DNA from: a virus
Lineage: Duplodnaviria > Caudoviricetes
Direction: 5' to 3' (one strand)
Virus record (IMG/VR): IMGVR_UViG_3300035492_000236
DNA length: 64,000 bases
Shown: positions 9,027 through 17,914 of the stretch, piece by piece
Position numbering within the stretch: the first letter of the stretch is position 1
Layout: each line of letters starts with the position of its first letter
Translations under genes and position numbers: made by a program
Notes under the pieces: generated by a model
Database searches by the model: none
What the model was told of the DNA's origin: nothing
What the model saw: the letters and a program-made list of their open reading frames with translations, nothing else

Positions 9027-10218
9027 CATTACCTTCAACTAGGCTCGCTAGGCCTAGCCCGTACATCTGGCCAGAATGTACTGCCCACCTCGCGATGGGA
9101 ATGAGGACAAATCACTATCTCAACCCACAAGTCACTGCACATGACTTTATATGTAAAGGTTGAGATACACTTACCGTTTCGACTACGCTCGTAGCCTACT
9201 CTACTCAGTTCACCTGACGGTGCCTTTCGATGTCCGTGGGGCATTTATACTCAAGCTATTTTCCATTCCGAGAATCTTGGGTTTTTCGACCTAACGCGAT
9301 GTCGAACCGTACCTCGACATATTCCTAACGCATCGGCGGCCCGCTGCATGGAATCATACGCAACGCCATTTATAACCACGCCAATTTCAGTCCCGTTTAG
9401 TCTTCCTAGGTTGGCTTCGCGCAAGCGTCTCTTGGTTTCGTCGCTATGAGTTCTACCGTAGAAGTGGTTGCGCTCACCTCGATAAAGATGTGCATTGTCG
9501 CGCATGCGTTTGCACATCTCCTCGTATTGGCGTTGTGGCATTGGCTTGCCTTTGTTTGGTGGGGTCGTTCCCAATATTCGCTGTCGCTGTCGCTCCTTAA
9601 CCTCGTCTGTATGTGTCCTACCATACATTGGGTTTTTGCATCCGCTAATGTCCCAGCGCTTTGCCTTCTGCTCTGGTGTCATCGCGGCGCATGTCTCAGA
9701 CAGCGTCTTGCTTCTACGTGAAATTACGTCTTCTCGGTTTGGGTTGTATGTCAAAGTGTCTTTAAAGCTATCGCCGGCAGCGACATTATAAAGCTTCCCA
9801 GTCGCTATAATGCGATTGACAAGAGCAGACTCTAATTGGAACGCCTCTTCATAGGTATCAAACGACTTTAGCGGCTTTATTCTAAAGATCCCACCGTTAT
9901 CGAAGTCTGCTTGTAAAGATTTACTATGATGTCGTCCGCCCATTAGCATTCCAATATGATCAGCCTTTCGCCTCTTGAAATTCCTGGTGCTTCCGTAATA
10001 CCTCTTTCCAGTACCAACCTCTAAAATGACATACACGTATGGTTTATCTTTAATCATACCCAAATCCAAATCATTAACAACACACTGATTAGATGGATTC
10101 GTTATGAATAACAGCTCGAGTAACTTAGCAACGGATTGACATGCCGGTCTTGCCGACAGCTTCCCCGTTTTAGGTAAGGTTTTCGACGTACGTCACCGTA
10201 CGAAGGCGCTCTCTCTTA
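9027..10218 (-). mobile_element. Group I intron (IA2/td-like, 1192 nt) in thyA
   Basis: 5' splice after CGU and terminal omega-G (...GUAAUG/UCU); P1 GCGU:GCGC, P10 UCU:AGA, P2 CGUACG-GUGA-CGUACG, P3 CUUACC:GGUAAG, P4 AACGG:CCGUU, P7 GGAC:GUCC, P9 with GCGA loop; splicing gives in-frame R-S-N-D. Confidence 0.93.
9251..10057 (-). CDS. Intron-encoded GIY-YIG homing endonuclease (I-TevI/I-BmoI-like)
   Basis: YVYVILEVGTGKRYYGSTRNFKRRKADH catalytic motif, two NUMOD3-like repeats (NPMYGRTHTDEVK; NHFYGRTHSDETK) and a C-terminal HTH; lies in the P6 loop. Confidence 0.92.
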   Translation of the reverse strand: MIKDKPYVYVILEVGTGKRYYGSTRNFKRRKADHIGMLMGGRHHSKSLQADFDNGGIFRIKPLKSFDTYEEAFQLESALVNRIIATGKLYNVAAGDSFKDTLTYNPNREDVISRRSKTLSETCAAMTPEQKAKRWDISGCKNPMYGRTHTDEVKERQRQRILGTTPPNKGKPMPQRQYEEMCKRMRDNAHLYRGERNHFYGRTHSDETKRRLREANLGRLNGTEIGVVINGVAYDSMQRAADALGICRGTVRHRVRSKNPRFSEWKIA

Positions 10219-11130
10219 ACGCAGACTAACATGCAGGTTCAGTCGGTACTTGGGCGCGTACTTCAACACGATGGCTTCCCGCTCTTCCTGGGAGATGCAT
10301 CCGCCCGTGACTTTCATCTCTGCCGCTATCACATACTTGGAGAAATCCGTCCACAACCTATGTTTGTGGTTCGCCAGCCGTTCTTCAGCCGACATCTCTT
10401 CCACTTTACACACGAAGTTCCAATGGCAGGGCGCCAGCGCCATCTTACCACGTGCCACGTTCTCCTGCGGCGACAGGCGCTCATCCGGCAGCAAGGCCGG
10501 GAACCAGGTAGAGACCACATGCCGACGAGAAGTGGGGTTCATCCGTAGACCATTCACCAGCTTTTGGATCTGGTCGGTGGTGGTACCGTCCCCGTTCGGG
10601 AAGGCGCGCCACATCTTGCCATACAGCGGACCCAGGTCACCGATGTCGCACGTCTTCACCCACTCTTCGGTTGTCCAGTTATGGTGTTTCAGGTAGAAGG
10701 TCGCCAGCTCCTGGTCAGAGGGGATGTACATGGGGTCTTTCCCAGCATGCTCTTTCCAGGTATCGTGGATTACCTTGATGGCATCCAGACCATACACGCC
10801 GTAGATGTCACCGATGCGGTCCATCGTGTCCGCAAACGTCAGCTTACGGGTGATGTAGCATTGCTCGTCGTTTTCAATCGCCCACTTGTTCCAGAACGTC
10901 ACCCCGTGGTCATTCAAGAACTTGACGTTGGTGTTGCCGGACAACATCCACAGCAGCTCCACCACAGCCCCCTTGAAATACCCCTGTTTCGTGGTCGGAG
11001 CGGGGAAGCCTTGGCGCAAGTCAAAGCGTACGCTTTCCCCAAAGGTGGAGACGGTATCGACACCAGTGCGGTTGTGGGCACGTACGCCGTTAGTAAGGAT
11101 GTTGTTGGCAACGTTGATGTACTGTTCCAT
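10219..11130 (-). CDS. thyA: Thymidylate synthase, exon 1
   Basis: NRTGVDT, FDLRQGFPAPTTK, ELLWMLSG, LGPLYG-x-MWR, PTSRRHVV and catalytic LAPCH; ends at LR, where the intron supplies an in-frame TAA. Confidence 0.93.
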
Positions 11131-11201
11131 GGCAGTTTCTTATGTTAGTTGGTTGATGATGAGTTACATAGCATGGCCCTAAAACCATGCTGAGTTATGG
11201 A

Positions 11202-12437
11202 TTAAGCAGCTTGCTTCAGTTGCTGATTATGGTATTTCATCAGCAGGTTTTTCGCGGTGATGTGACACGCCTTAGCGCGAAACACCACGTCGTGGATATC
11301 TTTAGCGGGCATGTCGACAAACACCACCTGTTCGACATCCATCTCAGGGTACAGCCGCTCGAAGTAGCGCTGCACTGTGACGGCATTAATGTAGGGCAGT
11401 TCGACGATGTGGTCGACACGACCAGGGCGTAGCAGAGCACTGTCCAAACGTTCCAGGTAGTTGGTGGTCATGAATACTACGTTACCACTCAGCGTTTGAA
11501 TGCCGTCCAGCGCGTTCAGTATTCCACTCAAGGTCAGGAAGTGGGTACCGTCTTTATCCGCGGTAAGGGACTTGCGGTCGTGGGTGGAGGTGGCAGCGTC
11601 AACATCTTCCAGTACGATGAAGGCGTTCTTAGGCGCTGTCAGCATGCTTTTAAGCAACGTTGCGTCTGACATATTACTCAGGTTCAGGATACACACCGAC
11701 ATGTTGTAGGTACCTGCCAGAGCGCGTATCATCGACGTTTTGCCGGTTCCTGGTTCGCCATGCAGCGCAATCGTCAGTTTGTGCGACAGGCCCAGTCGAT
11801 TAAAGGTGTCCGCCCCGTTAACGAACGCGTCCATTTCTGATTTGAAGAACTGGTAGGTCTCTGGGTTCAAGGCGATGTCATCCAGCGTGTTTTTACGGAT
11901 GTGGCTTTGCAAACGCCATTCTTCTTTGAAATCGTAGACGGCGATTTCGTCGGAATGGTCATGGTTACGCAAGTCCTCCACCAACGAGTCGAACAAACTG
12001 CGCGACCGGCCCAGCTTGATGACGGTGATTTGTTCCTTCAGCAAATCCCCGCCGGAGCTATCCAGGGTTTCCTTACGTACTAGTAACAACCTGCCGCGGT
12101 ACACGGTCAGGTGATTGCCGTACCCAATACCTAATGAAATCTTGAGCTTACCATTGTCGTCCCAGCGCGACAACACCGAGAACGTACGGGTGAAACCCGC
12201 GGCGGTGCCACTATGCATCAGCTCGTTCAACTGCAAGAACATAATGCGGTCCATGTACGTGGTGTTGTTCACGGTGAGGGAAGTCATCAGTTGTTTCTTG
12301 ATGAGTTCGAACAACTTCACTGGGAGGGTTTTCAACATGTACGTGGCGCTAACCGTTAGCGTGGTGACAATACCGGCAGTGGCGAATTGGTTGCCGCCTG
12401 TCACCACATCTAACCATTCAAACAGAGAAGCGAGCAT
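11202..12437 (-). CDS. BCS1-like AAA+ ATPase with N-terminal membrane segment
   Basis: Walker A GEPGTGKT, Walker B LEDVD, LSGILNALDG and SRH TTNYLERLDSALLRPGRVD; start MLASLF at 12437 has an AAGGA SD. Confidence 0.85.
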   Translation of the reverse strand: MLASLFEWLDVVTGGNQFATAGIVTTLTVSATYMLKTLPVKLFELIKKQLMTSLTVNNTTYMDRIMFLQLNELMHSGTAAGFTRTFSVLSRWDDNGKLKISLGIGYGNHLTVYRGRLLLVRKETLDSSGGDLLKEQITVIKLGRSRSLFDSLVEDLRNHDHSDEIAVYDFKEEWRLQSHIRKNTLDDIALNPETYQFFKSEMDAFVNGADTFNRLGLSHKLTIALHGEPGTGKTSMIRALAGTYNMSVCILNLSNMSDATLLKSMLTAPKNAFIVLEDVDAATSTHDRKSLTADKDGTHFLTLSGILNALDGIQTLSGNVVFMTTNYLERLDSALLRPGRVDHIVELPYINAVTVQRYFERLYPEMDVEQVVFVDMPAKDIHDVVFRAKACHITAKNLLMKYHNQQLKQAA

Positions 12438-12507
12438 ATTTACGTCCTTTTTAGTGGTGGTCAAATAACATACCATCTTCAAACTGGGTAGTTTTTTACC
12501 AAGACAC

Positions 12508-12534
12508 AAAAAAAAGGAGGGCCTAAGCCCTCCT
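12508..12534 (-). terminator. Intrinsic terminator
   Basis: AGGAGGGC-TTAG-GCCCTCCT-T8 after the first Kelch gene. Confidence 0.85.
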
Positions 12535-12540
12535 ACGTTG

Positions 12541-13854
12541 TTAGCTGTAAATGTAAACCTTGGTCGTGTTGCCACCCAACCACAGCAGTCGAGTACGTAC
12601 TTCATCAAACACGAACACGCCGCTGAAAACCGACGCTGGCAGTGGACTCCGCGCTGTCCAAACGTCTGTGACCGCGTCGTAGGTCAGCAATTGGTCGGTT
12701 GCACCGCCAGCCATGTAGAGTTTAGACCCTATGGCGCACATGTAATGGTTGATGTTGGGTTTCGGACCAATGCCATCGTCGAGCCAGGTTTCAGTGGCAG
12801 TATCGAAGCGAAGGAACTGGTCGTGTGCGGCAACGTCATAACCACCGTAAATGTACAATATCTGATCAATAGCAGCCATCGCAGGGCCCTGCGATGCCTT
12901 ACCGTGACCGCCATGATCAGTCACTGTCCCTTTCACGAAGTCATAACTGTAGAGTTTGTTCTGACGCGCACCATTATTAATCCAACCACCATAAAACCAC
13001 AATTTATTGCCGACTACGGCCGCGCCAGGCTGAACCAACGCCACCGGTAACGTCTTCACAACGGACCACACTCCTGTGGTAGGACTGTACTTAACCAGGC
13101 TGTTGTTGTCTGCGCCGAATCGCCCCCCTAAGAGGTACCAGTCACCGTTATACGCAACGGAGGCAAGGTGCAGACCTAACGATGGGGTGTTGGCAATAGC
13201 TTCCCACGTTTCACTGACCAAGTGGAAGCGATAACTCGAATTACCGCGACACATGTACACGTAGTCGCCAATCACCGCCCCGGTTGAACCTACACCTTGA
13301 ATGGGACTTACGACTACAGATTGGCTGGTGATCCAGACGTCGTCAAACGCGATTTCCTGCTGCATGTTAAAACCACTCAGCTCGCGGTCCTGCACACGGG
13401 TTTCGAGTGACGCTTCGACTACCAGGGGGCTGTAACCGATGAATGCCGGGTTGGCTGCCTTGGCATAAAAGACGTCTTGACCTTCAATCTGCTTGGTGCC
13501 GAAATGGCCGGTCTCGGTGTTGATGCCATATTTCCGCTGTACTTCTTGCAACACTAAGGCTTCGTCAAATGCCCCATCAGCCTTGATGTCAACTTCACGG
13601 AGTTTGACTTCAACGACACTAAACAGCGTGGCAATGTCGATCCGATTATAAAAGATGGTGGCGCCACTTACATCCGTCCCTTCAGGCAGGGGGTTGATGT
13701 CGATGTTTTGTGCGGTATTGTACGCTCCTTCTAGCGGCGTAGGTTGCCCTGTCAGGATTAAGTGATTAATATCATACGCTTCGGTGTTAAAGTGGTTAAA
13801 CAACTCCTTCACCAACTGCGCCTGTGGTTTGATCATGTCTACAACATAACTCAT
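12541..13854 (-). CDS. Virion adaptor domain plus Kelch beta-propeller
   Basis: N-terminal NRIDIATLFSVVEVKLREVDIKADG...ELSGF domain, then about six Kelch repeats (LYIYGGY, LWFYGGW, WYLLGGR, YD-x-x-x-x-x-W). Confidence 0.8.
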   Translation of the reverse strand: MSYVVDMIKPQAQLVKELFNHFNTEAYDINHLILTGQPTPLEGAYNTAQNIDINPLPEGTDVSGATIFYNRIDIATLFSVVEVKLREVDIKADGAFDEALVLQEVQRKYGINTETGHFGTKQIEGQDVFYAKAANPAFIGYSPLVVEASLETRVQDRELSGFNMQQEIAFDDVWITSQSVVVSPIQGVGSTGAVIGDYVYMCRGNSSYRFHLVSETWEAIANTPSLGLHLASVAYNGDWYLLGGRFGADNNSLVKYSPTTGVWSVVKTLPVALVQPGAAVVGNKLWFYGGWINNGARQNKLYSYDFVKGTVTDHGGHGKASQGPAMAAIDQILYIYGGYDVAAHDQFLRFDTATETWLDDGIGPKPNINHYMCAIGSKLYMAGGATDQLLTYDAVTDVWTARSPLPASVFSGVFVFDEVRTRLLWLGGNTTKVYIYS

Positions 13855-14004
13855 TTGGAACCTCTACAACTCGTCAGTTTGTTAAGAATAGGTACGCGTA
13901 CCCAAACTATTGAAAAGGATACCGCATGTTCATCTAATCACAATGCCGGCCAGGACCGCCGCAACGCAAAAAAAAAGTGAGTGGACCTTAGCCCACTCAG
14001 CATA

Positions 14005-14112
14005 CTATCTACTGCCCACCCGTCCAAGCATTCTACACTTACCATGTAGCACCAGCGCCGCGCCAATCAAACCCACATTCAAGGCAACGTACAAACCAAC
14101 TGCATAAATCAC
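14005..14112 (-). CDS. Unannotated 35-aa single-pass membrane peptide
   Basis: AAAGGAGG SD 9 nt before GTG; MIYAVGLYVALNVGLIGAALVLHGKCRMLGRVGSR; TATG upstream and a hairpin plus T8 downstream. Confidence 0.65.
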   Translation of the reverse strand: MIYAVGLYVALNVGLIGAALVLHGKCRMLGRVGSR

Positions 14113-14157
14113 TTAACACTTCCTCCTTTCTATTACATAATATTTGCCCTCACTGTC

Positions 14158-14181
14158 AAAAAAAGAGGGCCGAAGCCCTCT
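14158..14181 (-). terminator. Intrinsic terminator AGAGGGC-TTCG-GCCCTCT-T7
   Basis: GC stem with cUUCGg loop and T-tract; identical copies at about 26448-26471 and 45611-45634. Confidence 0.9.
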
Positions 14182-14196
14182 GTGAGATTCAAACTC

Positions 14197-15210
14197 TCAG
14201 AGCAACATTGTCGGCAGTTCAACTGTCGCCGTAGACTGCGTTGCAGTATGACTACTGCGATCTTTAGTGAGGTTAGACAGCAACTTACCATCCGTTAACT
14301 GGATGTATAACTCAACATCCACCTCCTGAGTTAGGTTGGGATGACCACGGTATTTACTCCGGTCGAATGTTACGAATTCTAGCGGGTGACTAACCACCAA
14401 CGTGCCGTCGTAGATAGCGATATTTCTCAGCGTCCGTATTGCCTGCTGGATATCGTGTTCTCCCGAAACCTTGGATAGGCAATTGCAATAGAAAACGGTG
14501 GTGCAATCTCCATCGTAAAGTGCTTCCCAGGTTTCTTTGAGATCACTGATCGGAGCGTCAGCATCGCTAAGTTTGATTACTTTCAGAAATATTCCTGTCT
14601 GCATACTGAAGTCATCTATGAACGCGGTGCGTGCATCGTCGTGTTCAAACTCGGGCAATGGACGCTCAGTGACTTGGAGGAACATGTCCGCGTAATAAGA
14701 TTTCACGTCTTCATCGGTGGCGTCGTAAGGCGCCACCCACACCAGCAACCGCGGGCCGCCGTCCACTGCGGCCACAATAATGTCACGTGCAGCCAGGCTG
14801 AGTGCAGCACGGTCTCCAAGTTCCGCATCTTCACAGCCGATCAACGTACACATGGGTGTGTTGTCGCGAGCCAGGTTAAGTTCGGCATATCCACTCCAAT
14901 CCTTAACGGTCAACCGTTTCAGTCGCGTCTCGAACACTTGCAAGGCTAATTGCTGCAACGTGGTGCGATCATCGACTCTTCGGTTAATGTACTCATTAGG
15001 GCGAGCATCCACCCAGGCCGTGGGATCTTCGGTCAGGTAAGTGTGGGTTGTCTCAGTAAGCTTCTCAGCCAACTCAATCGTTGCGTCCTGGCGTTCAATG
15101 ATATCAAGCAGTGCGCTTGCCTCGGCATCAGTAGGCGGATGAAGTTTGAACTGGTTGCGCAACGTACCCATGGGGTTTCGGATAATGGCTTGGGCATATT
15201 CTTTTAACAT
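14197..15210 (-). CDS. Degenerate DnaB-like (RecA-fold) paralog
   Basis: Four collinear blocks align by eye with the helicase at 53363-54877; Walker A and B appear altered. Confidence 0.6.
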   Translation of the reverse strand: MLKEYAQAIIRNPMGTLRNQFKLHPPTDAEASALLDIIERQDATIELAEKLTETTHTYLTEDPTAWVDARPNEYINRRVDDRTTLQQLALQVFETRLKRLTVKDWSGYAELNLARDNTPMCTLIGCEDAELGDRAALSLAARDIIVAAVDGGPRLLVWVAPYDATDEDVKSYYADMFLQVTERPLPEFEHDDARTAFIDDFSMQTGIFLKVIKLSDADAPISDLKETWEALYDGDCTTVFYCNCLSKVSGEHDIQQAIRTLRNIAIYDGTLVVSHPLEFVTFDRSKYRGHPNLTQEVDVELYIQLTDGKLLSNLTKDRSSHTATQSTATVELPTMLL

Positions 15211-15227
15211 GAGGATCTCCAGATAAA

Positions 15228-15716
15228 TTATTGAGTCAGTTCTTTTAACATGTCGCGCTGAAAGGCTTGTAAGTCAACCGTCCAGTGTACTAACATTTCA
15301 AGTGGTGCGCTGTCAATTACTTGATACAATTCAGATATGTCGTGCGCGTTGCAGTTATATAAAGCTGCAAGATACCGGACATGGTCTTTGAGTTTCTTGT
15401 ACGCGGTACCAAAGTCCTTAAGGTGACTGTGGTCGTAACAATCACTCGACGGTACAGACAGACCACCGAACGTGAACCAGAGGTTGCTCGGGTCCCACAC
15501 CAACCCTAACGGCACCCGCACGCAGTTTGGTCGATTTGGTATATCCGCGTACTGCGGCGAAATCAAGAATATGGAACTGGTGTCTTTCATATACCGGCGA
15601 AGGAAGGGCGTAGGTAGCACCCACTCCGTGGTAGGGACGTATACTTTGCCAGCGTATACATCGTACTCATCGCTGACAACTTTACAGCCAGTGTGGTTAT
15701 AGATAGAAATAGTCAT
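15228..15716 (-). CDS. Hypothetical protein
   Basis: 162-aa ORF with TATCTTGGAG SD. Confidence 0.65.
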   Translation of the reverse strand: MTISIYNHTGCKVVSDEYDVYAGKVYVPTTEWVLPTPFLRRYMKDTSSIFLISPQYADIPNRPNCVRVPLGLVWDPSNLWFTFGGLSVPSSDCYDHSHLKDFGTAYKKLKDHVRYLAALYNCNAHDISELYQVIDSAPLEMLVHWTVDLQAFQRDMLKELTQ

Positions 15717-15774
15717 CGCAGAACTCCAAGATAAAAAATAAGAAGGGTGGGTAGCGAACTACCCACCGTGATTG

Positions 15775-16182
15775 TTAGAAAGTTGCCAGCAGTCCCTCAA
15801 CGTCAGGCGTCAGGTCCCGTTCATTGGCCATGATCTCGAGCCGATAAATCACCTTACCATTATGTTCTGCTTCATACACGAAGCTGGCATTGACATCACC
15901 TTTGAGTCGGTCACGCTCGAACTGCAGGACGGCATTTTCGTGTGCCTTACACACCGCCACCGCCGCTGAATCGGCAATGGCCATGTTGTCCAACGGCACG
16001 ACGCTCACGTCATCGAGCAGTTCTGTCAGGCGATCGTAATAATCTTCCTCGCTCAGCGGGTACTGAGGTAGGTGGGTCAGATGCACACTCGCTTGCCAGC
16101 CGAGTTGGCCGGCAAGCTGGAAGTCGGCGACCGGGGAAGTGATTTTGATAATGACGACGGAGGGGTTATTGACGTTCAGCAT
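15775..16182 (-). CDS. Hypothetical protein
   Basis: 135-aa ORF followed by a terminator. Confidence 0.65.
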   Translation of the reverse strand: MLNVNNPSVVIIKITSPVADFQLAGQLGWQASVHLTHLPQYPLSEEDYYDRLTELLDDVSVVPLDNMAIADSAAVAVCKAHENAVLQFERDRLKGDVNASFVYEAEHNGKVIYRLEIMANERDLTPDVEGLLATF

Positions 16183-16320
16183 GGTCTAGTTATCCCTGTA
16201 CGTTGGGTGTGATAATGAATTTGCTAAGCTGGGCGGAGTTGCTGTTTCCCACGATGAAGCTAACGTACCCGTGTAAACGATGGCTGTTTCTGCGGTACTC
16301 AAGCACGGGCCCTTGCTTTG

Positions 16321-16929
16321 TTAATCGATGTTCATGCGATGATCATACTTGATAGCCGGGAGAGCGGCGTTCCAAACACCCGACGCGATGATGTAGCGAA
16401 GTTCTGCCGCCGTGATTTCACAACTACGGCCATCCACCAGCAAATGTACGCGGTTGGGCACACCACGTTCACGACCATCAAACTGATCAATCACCATCAC
16501 GGTTTTTCCTGCGATGTAATGAATAGACCCTACTTCAGGCAACGCTATAGTTTGTGCTTTCTTATAAGTCGCCATAATAGCGTTGGATGCTTCGATGGCA
16601 GTTTCTGTAGCCGTAGCGTGGGCGGCCGGCCTCATGTAAACGCGGCCGCGGATGCGCGTAAACTCACCATGCTGTTTAAGGTGTGGCTCGTCAGTAATAT
16701 CCACGTAGGTGTTGCGAACATAATCGACGAGTGCCTTAATGCCGACTTCAGCATATGCAGCGGCAACTTCCTCGGTAATGTCCAGCTCTACATCATCAAC
16801 CATATCCTCGGAAAAATAGCCACGGCGAGGAAGAATGTCTCTCTGCTCTTCAACTAGAATCAAGTTGAGTTCGCGGGCGGCATGGTAAAGTGCTTGATTG
16901 GTACGGTTGGTTACGGTAAGCTTATACAT
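16321..16929 (-). CDS. Hypothetical protein
   Basis: 202-aa ORF with AAGGA SD. Confidence 0.7.
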   Translation of the reverse strand: MYKLTVTNRTNQALYHAARELNLILVEEQRDILPRRGYFSEDMVDDVELDITEEVAAAYAEVGIKALVDYVRNTYVDITDEPHLKQHGEFTRIRGRVYMRPAAHATATETAIEASNAIMATYKKAQTIALPEVGSIHYIAGKTVMVIDQFDGRERGVPNRVHLLVDGRSCEITAAELRYIIASGVWNAALPAIKYDHRMNID

Positions 16930-16964
16930 GTCACTTTTCCTTTTTGTGTTGTTGGTTGTTATAC

Positions 16965-17432
16965 TTACAAGGCGTCGACCAGATCGATCAGACTCTTAGG
17001 ATCCACACTGATATCTTGGTGTACGTAAACCACTTCGTGGGAGTCCTTCGGCTCGTCCGTCACGTGTGTGCTAATGGTGGCGAAATAATGGATTGCGGAC
17101 TGCCCATGGCGACAATCGGGCATAGCGCCGTCAATATGCAGGCGGTGGCGCAGTTCATGGGCGTTGGTAGACGACTCAATCATCTGGCAGAACACAGCAT
17201 GCCAGCGGCCGAATTCCTGCACTGCCAGTTCCATACCGAACAGTTCCTGCGCGCTTACACCACGCACTTGCTCCAGTACGATGTCACGTATGTTGCTGAA
17301 CGGCTGCCAATCGCCAAACGTCAGCGTCAGCTCAATCCGGTCGTGAGTGGCGCCATTCATTGCAAAATCCACCAGGTCAGAAGCGATGGCCACTTTGACG
17401 ATAGTGCGCTGTGCGGTTTCGGAAGTAGTCAT
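16965..17432 (-). CDS. Hypothetical protein
   Basis: 155-aa ORF with TTGGAG SD. Confidence 0.65.
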   Translation of the reverse strand: MTTSETAQRTIVKVAIASDLVDFAMNGATHDRIELTLTFGDWQPFSNIRDIVLEQVRGVSAQELFGMELAVQEFGRWHAVFCQMIESSTNAHELRHRLHIDGAMPDCRHGQSAIHYFATISTHVTDEPKDSHEVVYVHQDISVDPKSLIDLVDAL

Positions 17433-17455
17433 AATCGAATCTCCAAATATTGTTA

Positions 17456-17914
17456 TTAGAACCAGACGTGCTGGTAGATGTTTGCGTGGTATTGGTTATG
17501 GTCATTTTGCCATAACTGTTTGACTAAGTGACACTGGTCGCTAGGGCGACTGAGGGTGAAGTGGGCATCTCCGTCTACCTCCGCTAGGATCTCAGTGTGA
17601 TAGAACATGTTCAAGTAAGGCTCGAACGCCCTCATCACTACACCTCCGCCAATGACGAAGATATCCGCTTGTTTAGCGGCCTCCACGACCGCTTGGATCT
17701 GGGCGTCGTAATCGCCCTTACTGCGACTGATAACCCACTCGGTGCGATTTGGGAGCGGTCCAGGCAGGGACGCCTTGGTGACGCTACCCATCACTATCGT
17801 GTGACCATCCGTCAGCGCTTTAAAGTAACGGAGGTCATCACGCATTCGCCAGGGCAATTTACCATTGTTGCCAATTACCCCATTGCGGTCCGTTGCCATT
17901 ACCCCGATCAGCAT
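17456..17914 (-). CDS. folA: Dihydrofolate reductase
   Basis: NGVIGNNGKLPWRMRDDLRYFKALTDGHTIVMG, PLPNR, IFVIGGG and GDAHF motifs. Confidence 0.93.
   Translation of the reverse strand: MLIGVMATDRNGVIGNNGKLPWRMRDDLRYFKALTDGHTIVMGSVTKASLPGPLPNRTEWVISRSKGDYDAQIQAVVEAAKQADIFVIGGGVVMRAFEPYLNMFYHTEILAEVDGDAHFTLSRPSDQCHLVKQLWQNDHNQYHANIYQHVWF

Noticed and set aside
8730-11130. dCMP hydroxymethylase or base-modification enzyme instead of ThyA
   Set aside because: The specificity residue is Asn (PVNI), as in dUMP-specific thymidylate synthases
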